A DNA stretch of 61,751 nt, filler included, from Squatina squatina (taxonomy: Eukaryota): NCBI GenBank assembly GCA_031763465.1. It is 4 parts of 4 records of this genome, joined end to end, with 100 filler letters (N's around TTAATTAATTAA, not from the genome) between each part and the next. Parts side by side here need not be neighbours in the genome. Positions count along the whole stretch, not along the records: positions 48,400 to 61,751 come from JARFOE010000016.1; 3 more parts are not named here. The stretch is one strand, 5' to 3'. The notes under the pieces were generated by a model, which was given only the letters and a program-made list of their open reading frames with translations, was not told the origin of the DNA and made no database searches. Below, piece by piece: positions 49,346 through 61,591 of this stretch. Position 1 is the stretch's first letter; every line of letters begins with the position of its first letter. A program made the position numbers and the translations under genes.

Positions 49346-50057
49346 ATAGAATAAAACCAACAAAAACATTTTTTGGGGTGAAGTTATTAAAAGTATTTTA
49401 GGCTTGGATGTTATGAAAAATATCTTCATTTCAGATTACTGAAAGTATAATTTTATTCATCACAGCTTTTAGGCAAGACTTGCTTTTTCAACCCTGTCAC
49501 GTAAACCAGTTTTACATCATTGTAATTACATTTTTTTCATGCAGATTATCCGTTGCTCATTGGCATTCAGCACAAATAGATGAGACACCATTTTAACAAA
49601 TAATTTATATATTTTTAAAGGATATTAGGCCAAACTTTTATATAAAATAACAAATATAGAGTATTTAAATCAACTCTTATAAAAATAAAAATAGTAGTGG
49701 TTTCATGCCAATATTTATTATTGTTGTTGTTGAATCAGGTGACAGCTGCTGTTTATAATGATACTTAATAGGTCATGCGAGAAGTGGAATCTCAGTTGCA
49801 CAGCAGTATAACCACATCTCCATACGCAACACAACTGAACATCTTCAGTGTGGAAGTTCTCTCTAAAAGCTACAAGGCTTTTTGAATACNNNNNNNNNNN
49901 NNNNNNNNNNNNNNNNNNNNNNNNNNNNNNNNNNNNNNNNNNNNNNNNNNNNNNNNNNNNNNNNNNNNNNNNNNNNNNNNNNNNNNNNNTCTCTAAAAGC
50001 TACAAGGCTTTTTGAATACAATCTTCTAAACAGAAGCTGCTATTATATACTGTTTAC

Positions 50058-50151
50058 CTTTACAAGCTCCTGTTGAGGCCATATTTGGATGGGTTCTACT
50101 TGCTGAGGTGTCTGGGTCTGTATTCCATATGTGTTGAGAAACACTTGCAGG
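50058..50151 (-). CDS. PHKB: Phosphorylase kinase regulatory subunit beta, internal exon (94 bp)
   Basis: TTTGTAG| [31 protein letters not shown] |GTAAAC. Confidence 0.95.
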
Positions 50152-50903
50152 CTACAAACACAGAATCGGCATTTTTATATTAATATAACTAATGCTAATA
50201 ATAGTGTTGTAAAGTGGAATATACGATTTTATTATGCAAGTTAATAATGCCTAAGACACAAGTTATAACTAAATTAGTATTCTCAGCGCAGCAGCTGTAT
50301 AATCTCTTTGCTAAAGAACAAATAAATACTGTAGATGAAGCAGAGGCTTAGAATAGCTTGTCTAATGGGCTATGCATCACATACCGCTGGCTTTCAGCAA
50401 TCAAAGACACATGAACTACCACATCATTTTCTGAAAGGCCCTGAAAGACACAATAAAAATGGATAAATGTCAAGTATCAAGCAAATTATAAAAATATACT
50501 ATTAACTTGGAAACAGAAGTAAAAAGGAGCAAAATAAAATATATTGATTAGTCTGTTTCTTTACAATATCTACTGCCTTATAATCAATCCAATTTTGCTG
50601 AGAGAGCAATTCAACACTCTACAGCTAAAACCCATTAATCTAACAACTACCCAAAGGGGTTTAATGTCAATGCTATTTTATATGATGCATAACTTGGTGT
50701 TTGGTGCAATACATTCTCCTATGCTATCAGTGGAGTGTCACGGTAAGGTTCTGAGTGTAATGGTGCAAAGCAAAACCCATTACCATCTCCTACACTCTCT
50801 GAANNNNNNNNNNNNNNNNNNNNNNNNNNNNNNNNNNNNNNNNNNNNNNNNNNNNNNNNNNNNNNNNNNNNNNNNNNNNNNNNNNNNNNNNNNNNNNNNN
50901 NNN

Positions 50904-51125
50904 AATACATTGCAATGGCCAACATTCATCCCTCAACTAACACAGGCAAAACAGATGAACTTATCATATATTTCAGTAGCTGTTTAAGGGACTTTCCTGC
51001 TTTCCTATCAGTTGCGTGTCTGCCGACAAAACAACAATGACTGCGTTTCAAAAATAATTTGTTGGCTGCGAAGCACTTCAGGATGTCTAATAAGGCACCA
51101 TCTAAATGCAAGTTATTCCTTTCAT
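50904..51125 (+). mobile_element. DeuSINE 3' half
   Basis: TGGCCAACATTCATCCCTCAAC...TAAGGCACCATCTAAATGCAAGTT. Confidence 0.6.
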
Positions 51126-51401
51126 CTTCTGACCTCTCAGTTTGAGAAGTTTGAGAAGTAAACAAGCAAATTTAATTGCTCNNNNNNNNNNTTGGATGAA
51201 TCATAAGCCAAAGCAGAGTCAGAGGCTTTGGCCAGCAGACCCCTCAGTTAGAGTGCGGTGTGATGTCGTACAAGGGTCGCCTAAAAAAATGAGGAGAATA
51301 CTCATTCACAAAATTAGGGTTCATTTAAAAAAAACTCAAACAAATGAAGATTTATTAGAATGCATTAGGAAAATGACAAAGCAGAGATCTGTCTGAAGTA
51401 C

Positions 51402-51599
51402 CTTGATTTCTGCTGGTTTGTAGTAACGCCGTGAGTGGTCCTCCAATCCTGTTCTATATCCATCTCTTAAGAAGCGTTTCAATCCATGTTTTCCCTTTAG
51501 CTTGCTAACAACTTTCTCAAAAGTTTGTTCAAACAAGGCATCATCATCCACTGCAAAAGCTGGGTAACTTATACATGGCAGTAGAGCAGCATCTGTATT
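51402..51599 (-). CDS. PHKB: PHKB internal exon (198 bp)
   Basis: TTTTTCCAG| [66 protein letters not shown] |GTACTT. Confidence 0.96.
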
Positions 51600-51662
51600 C
51601 TGGAAAAATATTGCAGAATATGATTAATCATCTTGCTGTGATTGCCTAGCAGCAAAATATTC

Positions 51663-51825
51663 TACTAAAAATGCTGGAAAAACTCAGCAGGTCAGGCAGC
51701 ATCTGTGGAGAGAGAAAAAGTGTTCTGACGAAGGGTCATGGACCTGAAAAGTTAACTCTGCTGAGTTTTTCCAGCATTTTTTGTTTATATTTCAGATTCC
51801 AGCATCCGCAGTATTTTGCTTTTGT
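51663..51825. mobile_element. Fold-back Penelope-derived mini-element with hammerhead core (51721-51757, + strand) and 12-bp flanking direct repeat
   Basis: 24-bp perfect inverted repeat 51667-51690/51758-51781; core TGTT CTGACGA AGGGTCATGGACCT GAAA AGTT AACT; AGCAAAATATTC at 51651-51662 and 51826-51837. Confidence 0.85.
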
Positions 51826-52056
51826 AGCAAAATATTCGATATGATTCAAACTTGCACACAATATATTAAATAATGGTCATAAATTTACATATAATTATTC
51901 ATTTGAATGACAAACCATGGTTCTACAAGATTACACTCTGGCCGTTATATTGAAATNNNNNNNNNNNNNNNNNNNNNNNNNNNNNNNNNNNNNNNNNNNN
52001 NNNNNNNNNNNNNNNNNNNNNNNNNNNNNNNNNNNNNNNNNNNNNNNNNNNNNNNN

Positions 52057-52432
52057 AGGAAAGTGATCAGCTGTGAGGTGGGAGCTTTTATAGTACATTT
52101 CAGGCTGTCATCTAATCAGCTGGATCAATGGCCATTCAACTCCCACCTCTGGCTGTCAGACGTGGTTCCTGAGCTGCATGAAGCCCATGGGCAGCCAGCG
52201 AAATTTGAAAGGTAGGTTGAAAAAGGCACTTAAGGGTCTGACAATAAGGTGATAATGTTTTGAATTAGGTCGCCCGCCTCTGACATTTGGGTCGCTGCTG
52301 CACCGGCGCCCAAGGGAAAGGCGTGTGGGGGAGGGATGACAGAGGGTTCCCGACCCTTTCCAACTTATTTCAAATTTCCTACTCGACCTGCATCTGATCG
52401 CACCCGCATGGACCCCAGAAAATTCCAGCCAA
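52057..52432. mobile_element. MITE-like repeat fragment
   Basis: GC-rich patch ending GGACCCCAGAAAATTCCAGCC, a TIR-like end similar to other MITEs here. Confidence 0.4.
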
Positions 52433-52844
52433 AGTTTCAAATGCACATTATGGTAAAAACTGAGCAAATAACTTTCATTTCCCATTATATTTGTACTTGT
52501 AATCAACATGCTAAATTCATGCATGATTATAAAAATATTAAATACAATAAGAATCTTGTGAAACAGCATACCTTGAGTGTAGTTCAGTGCTGCCATTGTT
52601 ATATTTGCTTCCCCTTTCCCACATACCATAATCTGGCCTACGGTAGCTTCTTTCCACACAGAAAACAAGATTTTGAATAAAAGATACCTATTAAGCAATG
52701 TAACAAAATAGTTAAGGCACAGGAAGAGGACATTCAGTAATTTGTTTAATCAGACTAAGCTGTAGTGACTGAGGTTTTTTCCTCAATATTTAAGTGTACA
52801 TCTTCCTCACCTTATTGCTGTATTCAAGTGATTGGGAACAAAAA

Positions 52845-52992
52845 ATGGTTGAAAATCTTAGAATAAAGAATACACTGAGGAAACGTGATCATAATGTGAG
52901 AGAATTTCATATTAAGTTTGAGGGTGATGTAGTTAAATCTGAAACTAGGGTCTTAAATCTAAATAGAGGTATGAGGGGGGAGTTGGCTGAGG
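52845..52992 (+). mobile_element. CR1 endonuclease-end fragment
   Basis: DHNVREFHIKFEGDVVKSETRVLNLNR, homologous to 47340-47430. Confidence 0.75.
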
Positions 52993-53092
52993 NNNNNNNN
53001 NNNNNNNNNNNNNNNNNNNNNNNNNNNNNNNNNNNNNNNNNNNNNNNNNNNNNNNNNNNNNNNNNNNNNNNNNNNNNNNNNNNNNNNNNNNN

Positions 53093-53182
53093 TTCAGAAG
53101 ATAACACTTCATCACCTGTATGTACATTGAACACAGAATGTAGGCAGCTTGATGGATTTGAATGCTGCTTGAAATGTTCCAC
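53093..53182 (-). CDS. PHKB: PHKB internal exon (3' end lost in gap)
   Basis: TTTTAAATAG| [30 protein letters not shown]. Confidence 0.93.
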
Positions 53183-53199
53183 CTATTTAAAAATAAATT

Positions 53200-53865
53200 A
53201 ATTGAGTAACTGAGCACTTGGACAAGTATGAGTTGATCAAAGAGTATCAGAATGAATTTGAAGAACAGTTCATGTCTGACTAATCCAGTTGAATTTTTTG
53301 AAGAGGTTATTAACATGGTGGATAAGGGAATGTCTGTAATGGGACTTCCAGAAGGCATTTGTTTAGGTTCCACACAAGAGATTATTAGCAAAAACGAAAG
53401 CGCAAGGAACTGGGAGGTAATCTTGTGACAGAGGCTGATAATTGGTTGAGAGTTAGCCAACAGAAAAGTAGGGATGAAGGGAACCTACTCTGATTGGCAG
53501 GTTGTGACAGGTGATATTGCCCAGGGATCTGTACTGGGGCCTCAGTTTTTCAACATATATATAAATAATTTGAATAAAGAAATAGAGTTATATNNNNNNN
53601 NNNNNNNNNNNNNNNNNNNNNNNNNNNNNNNNNNNNNNNNNNNNNNNNNNNNNNNNNNNNNNNNNNNNNNNNNNNNNNNNNNNNNNNNNNNNNAGGGAGT
53701 TAGATGTGGCCCTTATGGCTAAAGGGATCAGGGGGTATGGAGAGAAAGCAGGTACAGGGTACTGAGTTGACTGATCAGTCATGATCATATTGAATGGCGG
53801 TGTAGGCTCGAAGGGCCGAATGGCCTAATTCTGCACCTATTTTCTATGTTTCTATATTTCTATAT
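53200..53865 (+). mobile_element. CR1 RT fragment and 3' tail (gapped)
   Basis: SDWQVVTGDIAQGSVLGPQFFNIYINNL; tail GGCCGAATGGCCTAATTCTGCACCT(ATTTTCT/ATGTTTCT)n. Confidence 0.85.
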
Positions 53866-54395
53866 AAATGTAAGTTCTTTCTTCTAGGCAAAACGTTTTA
53901 TGAGAAAGGAGGAAAGAAATGAAGAAAACAATTATTCTGCTTACTGTCTTTTTTCCTCAACACATTTTCCATCAGCTGAGAAAGCAATGGGCAACACCAT
54001 CACAAACTTTGCCAAGATTACCACTAATTCCATTTTGCTTGACAATCTCATGATACGGCAAATTGAATATCTGTATATTGTTTAGATGAGGTGCTCTGGT
54101 GCAAAAATTGTGAAAGAGACATCTTAAGTGCAATATGAGTAATGTTACCTTGGGGAAAAGAACTGGTAAGAACATGGTTAAAATTGCAATTTTCTTAAGA
54201 TAGGAGCAAGAAAGTTCATTCACAAGCTCTAATCTCCTGGATAATACAAGCCTACAAAAGGTTCTTTTAAAAGTGATATGAATTTTTATTTTTATAATTA
54301 AACATACTTGTTTCCGTCTGTTCATAGTCATTACTGTAGGTAAAAGCAATCCTAAATGAAAGGTCAAAATGTATTTCTAGACATTAGTCTTTTAC

Positions 54396-54495
54396 CTTTT
54401 CAGCTTGGCGCATATAGCAGTAGAGAATTCCTCGCATGCATTTTACAGCGGAGTATTCCAGTTCATGAGTCCTTCCCTTGTCATCGTCAATGCGC
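54396..54495 (-). CDS. PHKB: PHKB internal exon (100 bp)
   Basis: TCTAG| [33 protein letters not shown] |GTAAAA. Confidence 0.96.
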
Positions 54496-54659
54496 CTAGA
54501 CAAGGGAGATAAGCCGTGAAAATTTATCAAGATAAAAATCAAGTACTTTTAGCAATATGCCCAGTCCCATCATGTCGAAATTAAAATTTGAAGTTATAAA
54601 TAGTAATATTAGTCTAAAATAGTGATGCAAATCAATACATTCTGAACAATTTAATGTAA

Positions 54660-55105
54660 AACCTGGGATGGTAGGGATGATGTACGAAGAGAGATTGGGT
54701 AGATTAGGCTTATATTCGCTCGGGTTTAGAAGAATGAGAGGGGATCTCATTGAAGGCTTATATTCGCTCGAGTTTATAAGAATGAGAGGGGATCTCATTG
54801 AAACTTACAAAATTCTAACAGGACTGGACAGACTAGATGCAGGAAGGATGTTCCNNNNNNNNNNNNNNNNNNNNNNNNNNNNNNNNNNNNNNNNNNNNNN
54901 NNNNNNNNNNNNNNNNNNNNNNNNNNNNNNNNNNNNNNNNNNNNNNNNNNNNNNAAGGAATGGTTAAAATGAAGCCAAGGAAGATACAGGGCTATAGGGA
55001 GAGAGTGTGAGAGTGGGATTAGTTTTGGATTGCTTTAACAAAGAACTGGCACACATACGATGGGCCAAATGGGCTCCTTCTATACTGTAAACACCTATGG
55101 TTCTG
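54660..55105 (+). mobile_element. CR1 3' fragment with an internal 48-bp tandem duplication
   Basis: YEERLGRLGLYSLGFRRMRGDLIE-GLYSLEFIRMRGDLIETYKIL. Confidence 0.85.
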
Positions 55106-55430
55106 TTGGCAGCATCACATTGTAGCACACAAAACTATCAGTGCAGAGTTTATACCAATGCTCTGCTGCTAGAAATGTATTCTGTCCAAAACAAGATCAT
55201 AATCCCTTAGGTGTAAAACTCCCATCCAATATAGGAGAATTGGTAGGTATTCTATGCACAGATGCTTCTAAAATTTACAGTATTGTCACATCAATTTNNN
55301 NNNNNNNGTACACTTCTGCTTGCAGCTTATGGATTACCAAGCTTTGCATAAACACAAAGCTTGTAATAACATATGTAATTAATAAATGTTTTGGTACTAC
55401 AACCCAGACATCCACAAGGATTGTACTTAC

Positions 55431-55569
55431 CTATAAGCGAGTGATACAGCCCAAGCACTGGCAGCACAATAAAGGCAATCTCGAACTTTAGCATTTTTAC
55501 AATTACCAACTGTTTTGCTGGGGAAAAGACCTGTTGCAGGACTCTGGTAGTTCAGTACAGTTGATTTTA
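55431..55569 (-). CDS. PHKB: PHKB internal exon (139 bp)
   Basis: TTTCTTTTCAG| [46 protein letters not shown] |GTAAGT; phase compatible with the exon at 54495. Confidence 0.96.
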
Positions 55570-55822
55570 CTGAAAAGAAACAAAAAGCTAGTCAGAGATA
55601 GTTCAACAAATGTGTGTCTATATTGTGTAAATGATGAAAGNNNNNNNNNNNNNNNNNNNNNNNNNNNNNNNNNNNNNNNNNNNNNNNNNNNNNNNNNNNN
55701 NNNNNNNNNNNNNNNNNNNNNNNNNNNNNNNNNNNNNNNNATTTACAAAACGCATTGAAAAGTATCTGGAGATAAAACAAAATTGTAGGCAAATTATTTA
55801 CAGATAAATAGCCTCATGCAAC

Positions 55823-55900
55823 CTGAACGTAGCAGTAGTGTACATATAAATAGTAAATTATGTGAGTGGTGCACATTACTGCACAGACAGGATACTCCGA
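55823..55900 (-). CDS. Candidate alternative PHKB 5' cassette exon (78 bp, phase 1-1)
   Basis: Strong acceptor TTTTCTCATCTAACTTTTTCAG|, open frame GVSCLCSNVHHSHNLLFICTLLLRS(G), weak donor CAG|GTTGCA. Confidence 0.35.
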
Positions 55901-57408
55901 CTGAAAAAGTTAGATGAGAAAAATGCAAATAAGAAATTTTGCAGTCCAGAATCTAACAATTAATAAAGAGAATTTTACAGATTAATATTTTTAACATATT
56001 GTCAGTCTGGTACAATGCTTTGAGAAAGAAAGAATTTAAACTTTATGCTGAAAGTTCAATGGGATAGTAATGAAACCTGATTTAACACATGCTTACTGTC
56101 ACGCCTACTATTTGCCAAGATTATTTGAGAAGCATTAATAGCAACTAGAAATAGACATCAAGTAGAATGATGAATAGATCTGTCAGGTAATAGTAACTGA
56201 CCTCTAGAGTAATTTAAATGGACAAATTTAATTCTAAATTTTATTTGTAAGATATTTTGGTGCGCATTTTATTGAAACATGTACCATAGCTATAGTTCTG
56301 TATAATGAATAAGATTTATGATAAAATATACCATTGGTGTTTTAAGTACTGTGCTTAACATCTACAAATACTATTTTCAAAGTTAATAAAAGCTTAGTCA
56401 TGGCATTTTTGGGCTATCGTTAAGCAGTTCCCATTATAAACAACAACAACAACTTGTACTTATATAGCACCTATAACGTGGTAAAACGTCCCAAGGCACT
56501 TCACAGGAATGTTNNNNNNNNNNCAATGTCTATGTACTAAGTGCATGAAAATTAGAGAACCTGCAACACATTTAATTTGTCATTGAATAAACAGACAACA
56601 GTAATAAAATGCAAAGAAAAAGATCCAGACTGACAGCCAAGTGGCTTTAATATTGTAAATATCAATGACTATTAATAAAAAAAGCAGTTTCAACATTTAA
56701 GATATCAGGTAATTCAAATTAAAATGTTATTAAATGTTTGGCTGATGAATTCTTGTCATTAAAATGGTAAGATGCAACAAATATTTGAATTACAGCTTAC
56801 CCAATCCAACCTTTTGAAAAAATCTGAAATATAGATGGCTCTTCTTAAATGTGCACCATCTCTATTGGATAAAAAAAATGACCCTAGCACTGGTCATTTC
56901 ATGAAGTATCGATTTTTAAATCGACAGGTTTTTGTACAATTGCAGGAGCAGGCGTCTGGTTCGAAAAGGTTTGCCATTTTAGAAGTGGGCAGAAAAATGA
57001 GTGCGCACAACAATATACATCACGTCAGTTTTCTGTTTACTTGCCCATTGGAGTCTGGGGATCCAATTTTTCTGTTGAACAATAGAATTCCTAAATACAC
57101 TAGGCTGCTGCTTGAGGGAGCCAAATAAATAATTTGGACAGGCATCCAGACAGGTTATTCTGTACTTCATGGAGAACTGCAAAAAATCTTTATTCCACAG
57201 ACAATGGAGATATATTTAACAACGCAATTACAATAGGAATTGAGTATTTATGCCAGGTGATTATGATTTCTTGGGGACATTTTTGCTCCAAATTTTACAA
57301 AAATAGATCGGAGCTGGATGAATTCTCCAAGAAGATATTCATGCTTGGAGAAGCAGCACCTGAAAAGCATACAATTTACCTGCAGCATACCTGATCCATA
57401 AACCTTAC

Positions 57409-57472
57409 CATCAATCGAAGACGAAGCGTTAAGTTTCTGCTGAGTACTTTCTATGCTGGTCAAATATGCCAT
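57409..57472 (-). CDS. Candidate alternative first coding exon of PHKB
   Basis: ATG...MAYLTSIESTQQKLNASSSID G|GTAAGG; phase-1 donor, position and strand fit a PHKB N-terminal exon. Confidence 0.4.
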
Positions 57473-58134
57473 TGAAAAGCAAACAAAACAGATATACTAT
57501 GCCTCACAATCAGCCTCTGGAAGACCAATCTTACTGACACTTGTGAAGTGGAGACCGTAAAACAGGACTGTATAATTCCATTGTTCTGCATCACTCCAAC
57601 ACATCTAAAATGGATGAACACAGTACTTTATAAACATGCCTTGTAGCGAGGATCATTTGAAAAACTGGACAGAGGAAGGAGAAAGCAGAAACTAGTTACC
57701 TGGCATTAACCGAAATTCATAAATGTCCTCTAAAGTTAAAGTCCAAGTCCAGTTTAATAACTCATAGACAAAACACTTAGGTGGGGAATAGTTTTCTTCA
57801 TTTCGGAATACAAAAATTACCTCTCCATTACTTATTTGCCACTTTTTTTTCAAACAAGTTGTTACTTCCATCTGAAACACAAGCCTTGTTTCAAACCTTA
57901 TGCACCAAGCCTGTTGGGCATCGTTGGCAAGGGCCTGGTTAATCAGCAAACATTCTGGAGGGAAATGTGGAAATAGAGGCAGTGATGACTGGCAGAGTCT
58001 AAAGGAGAAATCGTGCGAGGGTTGGCAAGGCTAATCACAAGTAGATGTGCTCGGTCGAAAGGACAGTGAGCAAGGAGGATAGGGCACTTGTGTTTGCTAC
58101 TTTTAAGAAGGTGCCTCGATGGAAGATGCACAGA

Positions 58135-58281
58135 CAGTAGCCAAAACCTTGCACCTTCCACAAGGCACAAGTCAGGAGTGTGATGGAATTTTCTTCACTT
58201 GCCTGGGTGAGTGCAGTGCCAACACTCAAGAAGCACGACACCATCCAGGACAAAGCAACCCGCTTGATCGGCACCCCATCC
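58135..58281 (+). mobile_element. CR1-like LINE fragment
   Basis: KAQVRSVMEFSSLAWVSAVPTLKKHDTIQDKATRLIG. Confidence 0.75.
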
Positions 58282-59437
58282 NNNNNNNNNNNNNNNNNNN
58301 NNNNNNNNNNNNNNNNNNNNNNNNNNNNNNNNNNNNNNNNNNNNNNNNNNNNNNNNNNNNNNNNNNNNNNNNNNNNNNNNNCACCTTGGGACATTTTACA
58401 ACAGTAAATGCATTATTATGCCAAACAAACTCAATTGAACATGAAGGGAATATATTTGGTATACTCGTGCTGAAATAAATGTTATTTTCAGTACTTAAGC
58501 AGTAGTGACTTACCCAGTGGGTAGTAACTATGAATGTTGGTGGGGTTGTCATCATCATCGAAGTTGGTTACTTCCATTTTCAACTTTCAAAAACACGCTT
58601 GTCTTGCTATGGTACATTACAGCAATTCACACAGGTTAAATAATTAACTCATACATGCAAAGGTTAGTAAACAATGATGCATTGAAATGTACAAGCGAGC
58701 ATGCATTTACTGCTACATTTTTCAAAATTACAACAGATCTCAATGAACACATTTTACTTGTAAACAAATCAATACTTTAGTTGTAAATTTAACGTCAACA
58801 TGTTTTTCAAACATGGAATTTATCTCAATGTACTCTATTTGGACAACACTGTGTGCAGTAAGTGAAGGTACAATACAGTAACTAAGAAAAATGTGTCAAA
58901 AGCCAACCTACAGACTGAAATGGAGAGATTGAAACTTTGTTAAAGAAAATGGCAGAAGCTATTTATCTCAAGATTTCTTTAATACTTTACAAAATAATTC
59001 AAATGTTTATGAATTTCGGTGTAACTTGTTTCCAAAAAGGGTGGATGCGTTCAAGATGCATGACTCTAAACGGTGCATTCTTTTTGGTAATAGGTNNNNN
59101 NNNNNNNNNNNNNNNNNNNNNNNNNNNNNNNNNNNNNNNNNNNNNNNNNNNNNNNNNNNNNNNNNNNNNNNNNNNNNNNNNNNNNNNNNNNNNNNGCCTT
59201 GTAGTGGGCATGTACAGGACAGGAGTTTGGAAATGCATTGGAGGCAAATGAAAACAGGGCCAGAGGAAGGCCGCTTTTTTGATCAGCACCGCTCTCCACC
59301 TTGCAAAGAAATAATTATGATACTGAGGTTGCACCCTGTGTGGGCAAACTCGGCCACAAAGTTCAGTTCACCCATACAAAATGGATAACATACTGGTCAG
59401 GCCTGCTGATGTCGGATTCTTGTGATTTTTTTTTCAG

Positions 59438-59532
59438 AAATCAAACCTGGTATCCTGCTTTGGATTCTGATATTCAGATGTATGTACCTCATTCTCATGC
59501 TTTCATTGACCTGAATAAAGACTTCACTGCAG
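59438..59532 (+). CDS. ITFG1: Integrin alpha FG-GAP repeat containing 1 (T-cell immunomodulatory protein), internal exon (95 bp)
   Basis: TTTTTTTTCAG| NQTWYPALDSDIQMYVPHSHAFIDLNKDFTA |GTATGT; matches WHPAL....MRIPHSHAFIDLTEDFTA; divergent from PHKB as in mammals. Confidence 0.93.
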
Positions 59533-59789
59533 GTATGTTTGATTTAAAAACTCCAGAGAAGCAAAACAAAATTAATGTAAGAGTTGTAATGACATAGTAT
59601 TTCATGGAAAAAAAGGTTTAATGGTGTAGAGTTTAATAGAAATGTTTAATGATGCAGGAGAAGTTGCTCAGTGTGGAACATGTTAAATGTAAATACATTT
59701 GTTGTAATACATTAGGCTCTTTTTAACAGGAATTATGTAACGTACCTGTAACTCTGTGGAAATCTCTCCAAATCATGCTGTTATACTTT

Positions 59790-60198
59790 TCATCAGATAT
59801 AAGAGCAGAGAGGTTGAACTGTATAAAATACTAGATAGGCCACAGCTAGAGTACTGCATATAGTTCTGGTCAACATATTACAAGAAAGATATGATTGCAC
59901 GAGAAGGTACAGAGGAGATTTACGAGGATGTTGCCAGGACTGGAGCATTGAGAAAAGAGTGGATAGGCTGGGGTTGTTTTCTTTGGAACAGCGGAGGCTG
60001 AGGGGCAATTTAATTGAGGTGTATAAAATTGTGCGGGGCATAGATAGAGTGGATAGGAAGGACCTATTTCCCATAGCAGAGAGGTTAATAACCAGGGGGC
60101 ATCGATTTAAAGTATTTGGAAGAAGGGCTAGAGGGGAGTTGAGGAGAAACCTTTTCACCCAGAGGGTGGTGGGGGTCTGGAACTCGCTGCCTGAAAGG
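59790..60198 (+). mobile_element. CR1 LINE 3' portion
   Basis: DRLGLFSLEQRRLRGNLIEVYKIVRGIDRVDR...FTQRVVGVWNSLPE. Confidence 0.92.
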
Positions 60199-60944
60199 NN
60201 NNNNNNNNNNNNNNNNNNNNNNNNNNNNNNNNNNNNNNNNNNNNNNNNNNNNNNNNNNNNNNNNNNNNNNNNNNNNNNNNNNNNNNNNNNNNNNNNNNAT
60301 GGCGTTATAAGGTTGGACCTCGGGCTCCTTATTGGGCAAGGTGGAGAAAGCTTTGCTTCGCTTCTAACTATGCTATATCTGCCCTGGGGTGTTTGCTGAC
60401 ACTGGGACCCTGAAATTGAGCAGAGTTATATCCCACATTAACATTACTCACCTTAATGAGCACAAAATTCAATTTAAAAAAAAAAAACATTTTTTTAAAT
60501 CCAAGCAACATTGTGTAACTCCGTGAGATGTTAGGTCAACCTTTTTGCATAGGTTTGTTGAAGTGAATTGCAATATGGATGATGATTTTTCAGAGTTCAA
60601 TCTTCCGTCCATTTGAATAATTGTGACACAATTTCAATCGGATTGTAGGTATCTATTTCATCTTCATATTCAGTGTTTTTTGTGAAATCCATTATTCCCT
60701 AATCAAACGTGTCTAAACCTCATTAGACTTCTAAATCAGAGCTGATAAGTGTGTTATCCACTTAGAAACTTTCTATTGAAATGTATTCAGAGAACACTAC
60801 AAAGCTGATATCAATTAAAATTAAATTCAAACAAATTTCTTGATAAGGAATGGCAGGAAATGTGGACATTAACTTGTACCATCGCCACTTGTAATAAAAG
60901 TGCAGTTACAATTATTATCCATATGCAAATATAGTCCCAATTAC

Positions 60945-61390
60945 AATGGGTCGATTAGATTCACTAGAGTTTAGAAGAATGAGAGGGGACCTCATTGAAA
61001 CTGAGAGGGTACTAGGGTCGAGAGCCTTCAATTATGAGGAAAGGTTACAGAATTTGGATTTTTCATTCGAATAAAGAAAGTTAAGAGACGATCTGGTAGA
61101 GGTGTTTGAAATAATTAAGAGTTATGATGGGTAAGTTGTGAAAATCTATTCCTACTAGTCAATACCTCTGGAAAATACATTTTAAGAATAATGGGGAGAG
61201 ATATTTTAACTAAAATGATTTTTAGGATAGGGATTTTCTTACCAGAAACAGTGGAGGAAGCAGAATCCTAAATAGCTTTTAAAAGTTAAGTGGATAAATA
61301 TTTGAAAAAAAGTTAACCAGATTTGGACAAGTTTATCAGCTCTTTCAGAGAGCCAGCGTAGGAATGATGAGTTGTAAAATTCTATAATTT
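60945..61390 (+). mobile_element. Two stacked decayed CR1 3' fragments
   Basis: SLEFRRMRGDLIET at ~60960 followed by an older NYEERLQNL...KLRDDLVEVFEIIK copy. Confidence 0.7.
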
Positions 61391-61591
61391 TGTGGCAACC
61401 TTTTTATAGCTTCAATCTTGTAAATTATGCTCAAAGTTCTAGAGTTTGCCCACTTCTGTTGTTGAACTATTTTTGTATGATTTATTTGTATTTTGGCGAA
61501 TGAGTTTGCATGGAAGCAGAATACCTTATCTACCTGCGGAATGGTCTTCCTCATTCTTTGATCATATCCAAGACTGTCTCAGTTCTATCTC

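Noticed and set aside
49860-50019. 30-bp direct repeat TCTCTAAAAGCTACAAGGCTTTTTGAATAC either side of a gap
   Set aside because: Exact duplication flanking Ns is typical of an unmerged contig overlap
51192-51280. Good minus-strand acceptor in a PHKB intron
   Set aside because: All three frames hit stops and none matches PHKB
56835-57394. Consecutive plus-strand ORFs inside the PHKB 5' region
   Set aside because: No recognisable motif; frames shift and stop; cannot be supported as a retrocopy or transposase
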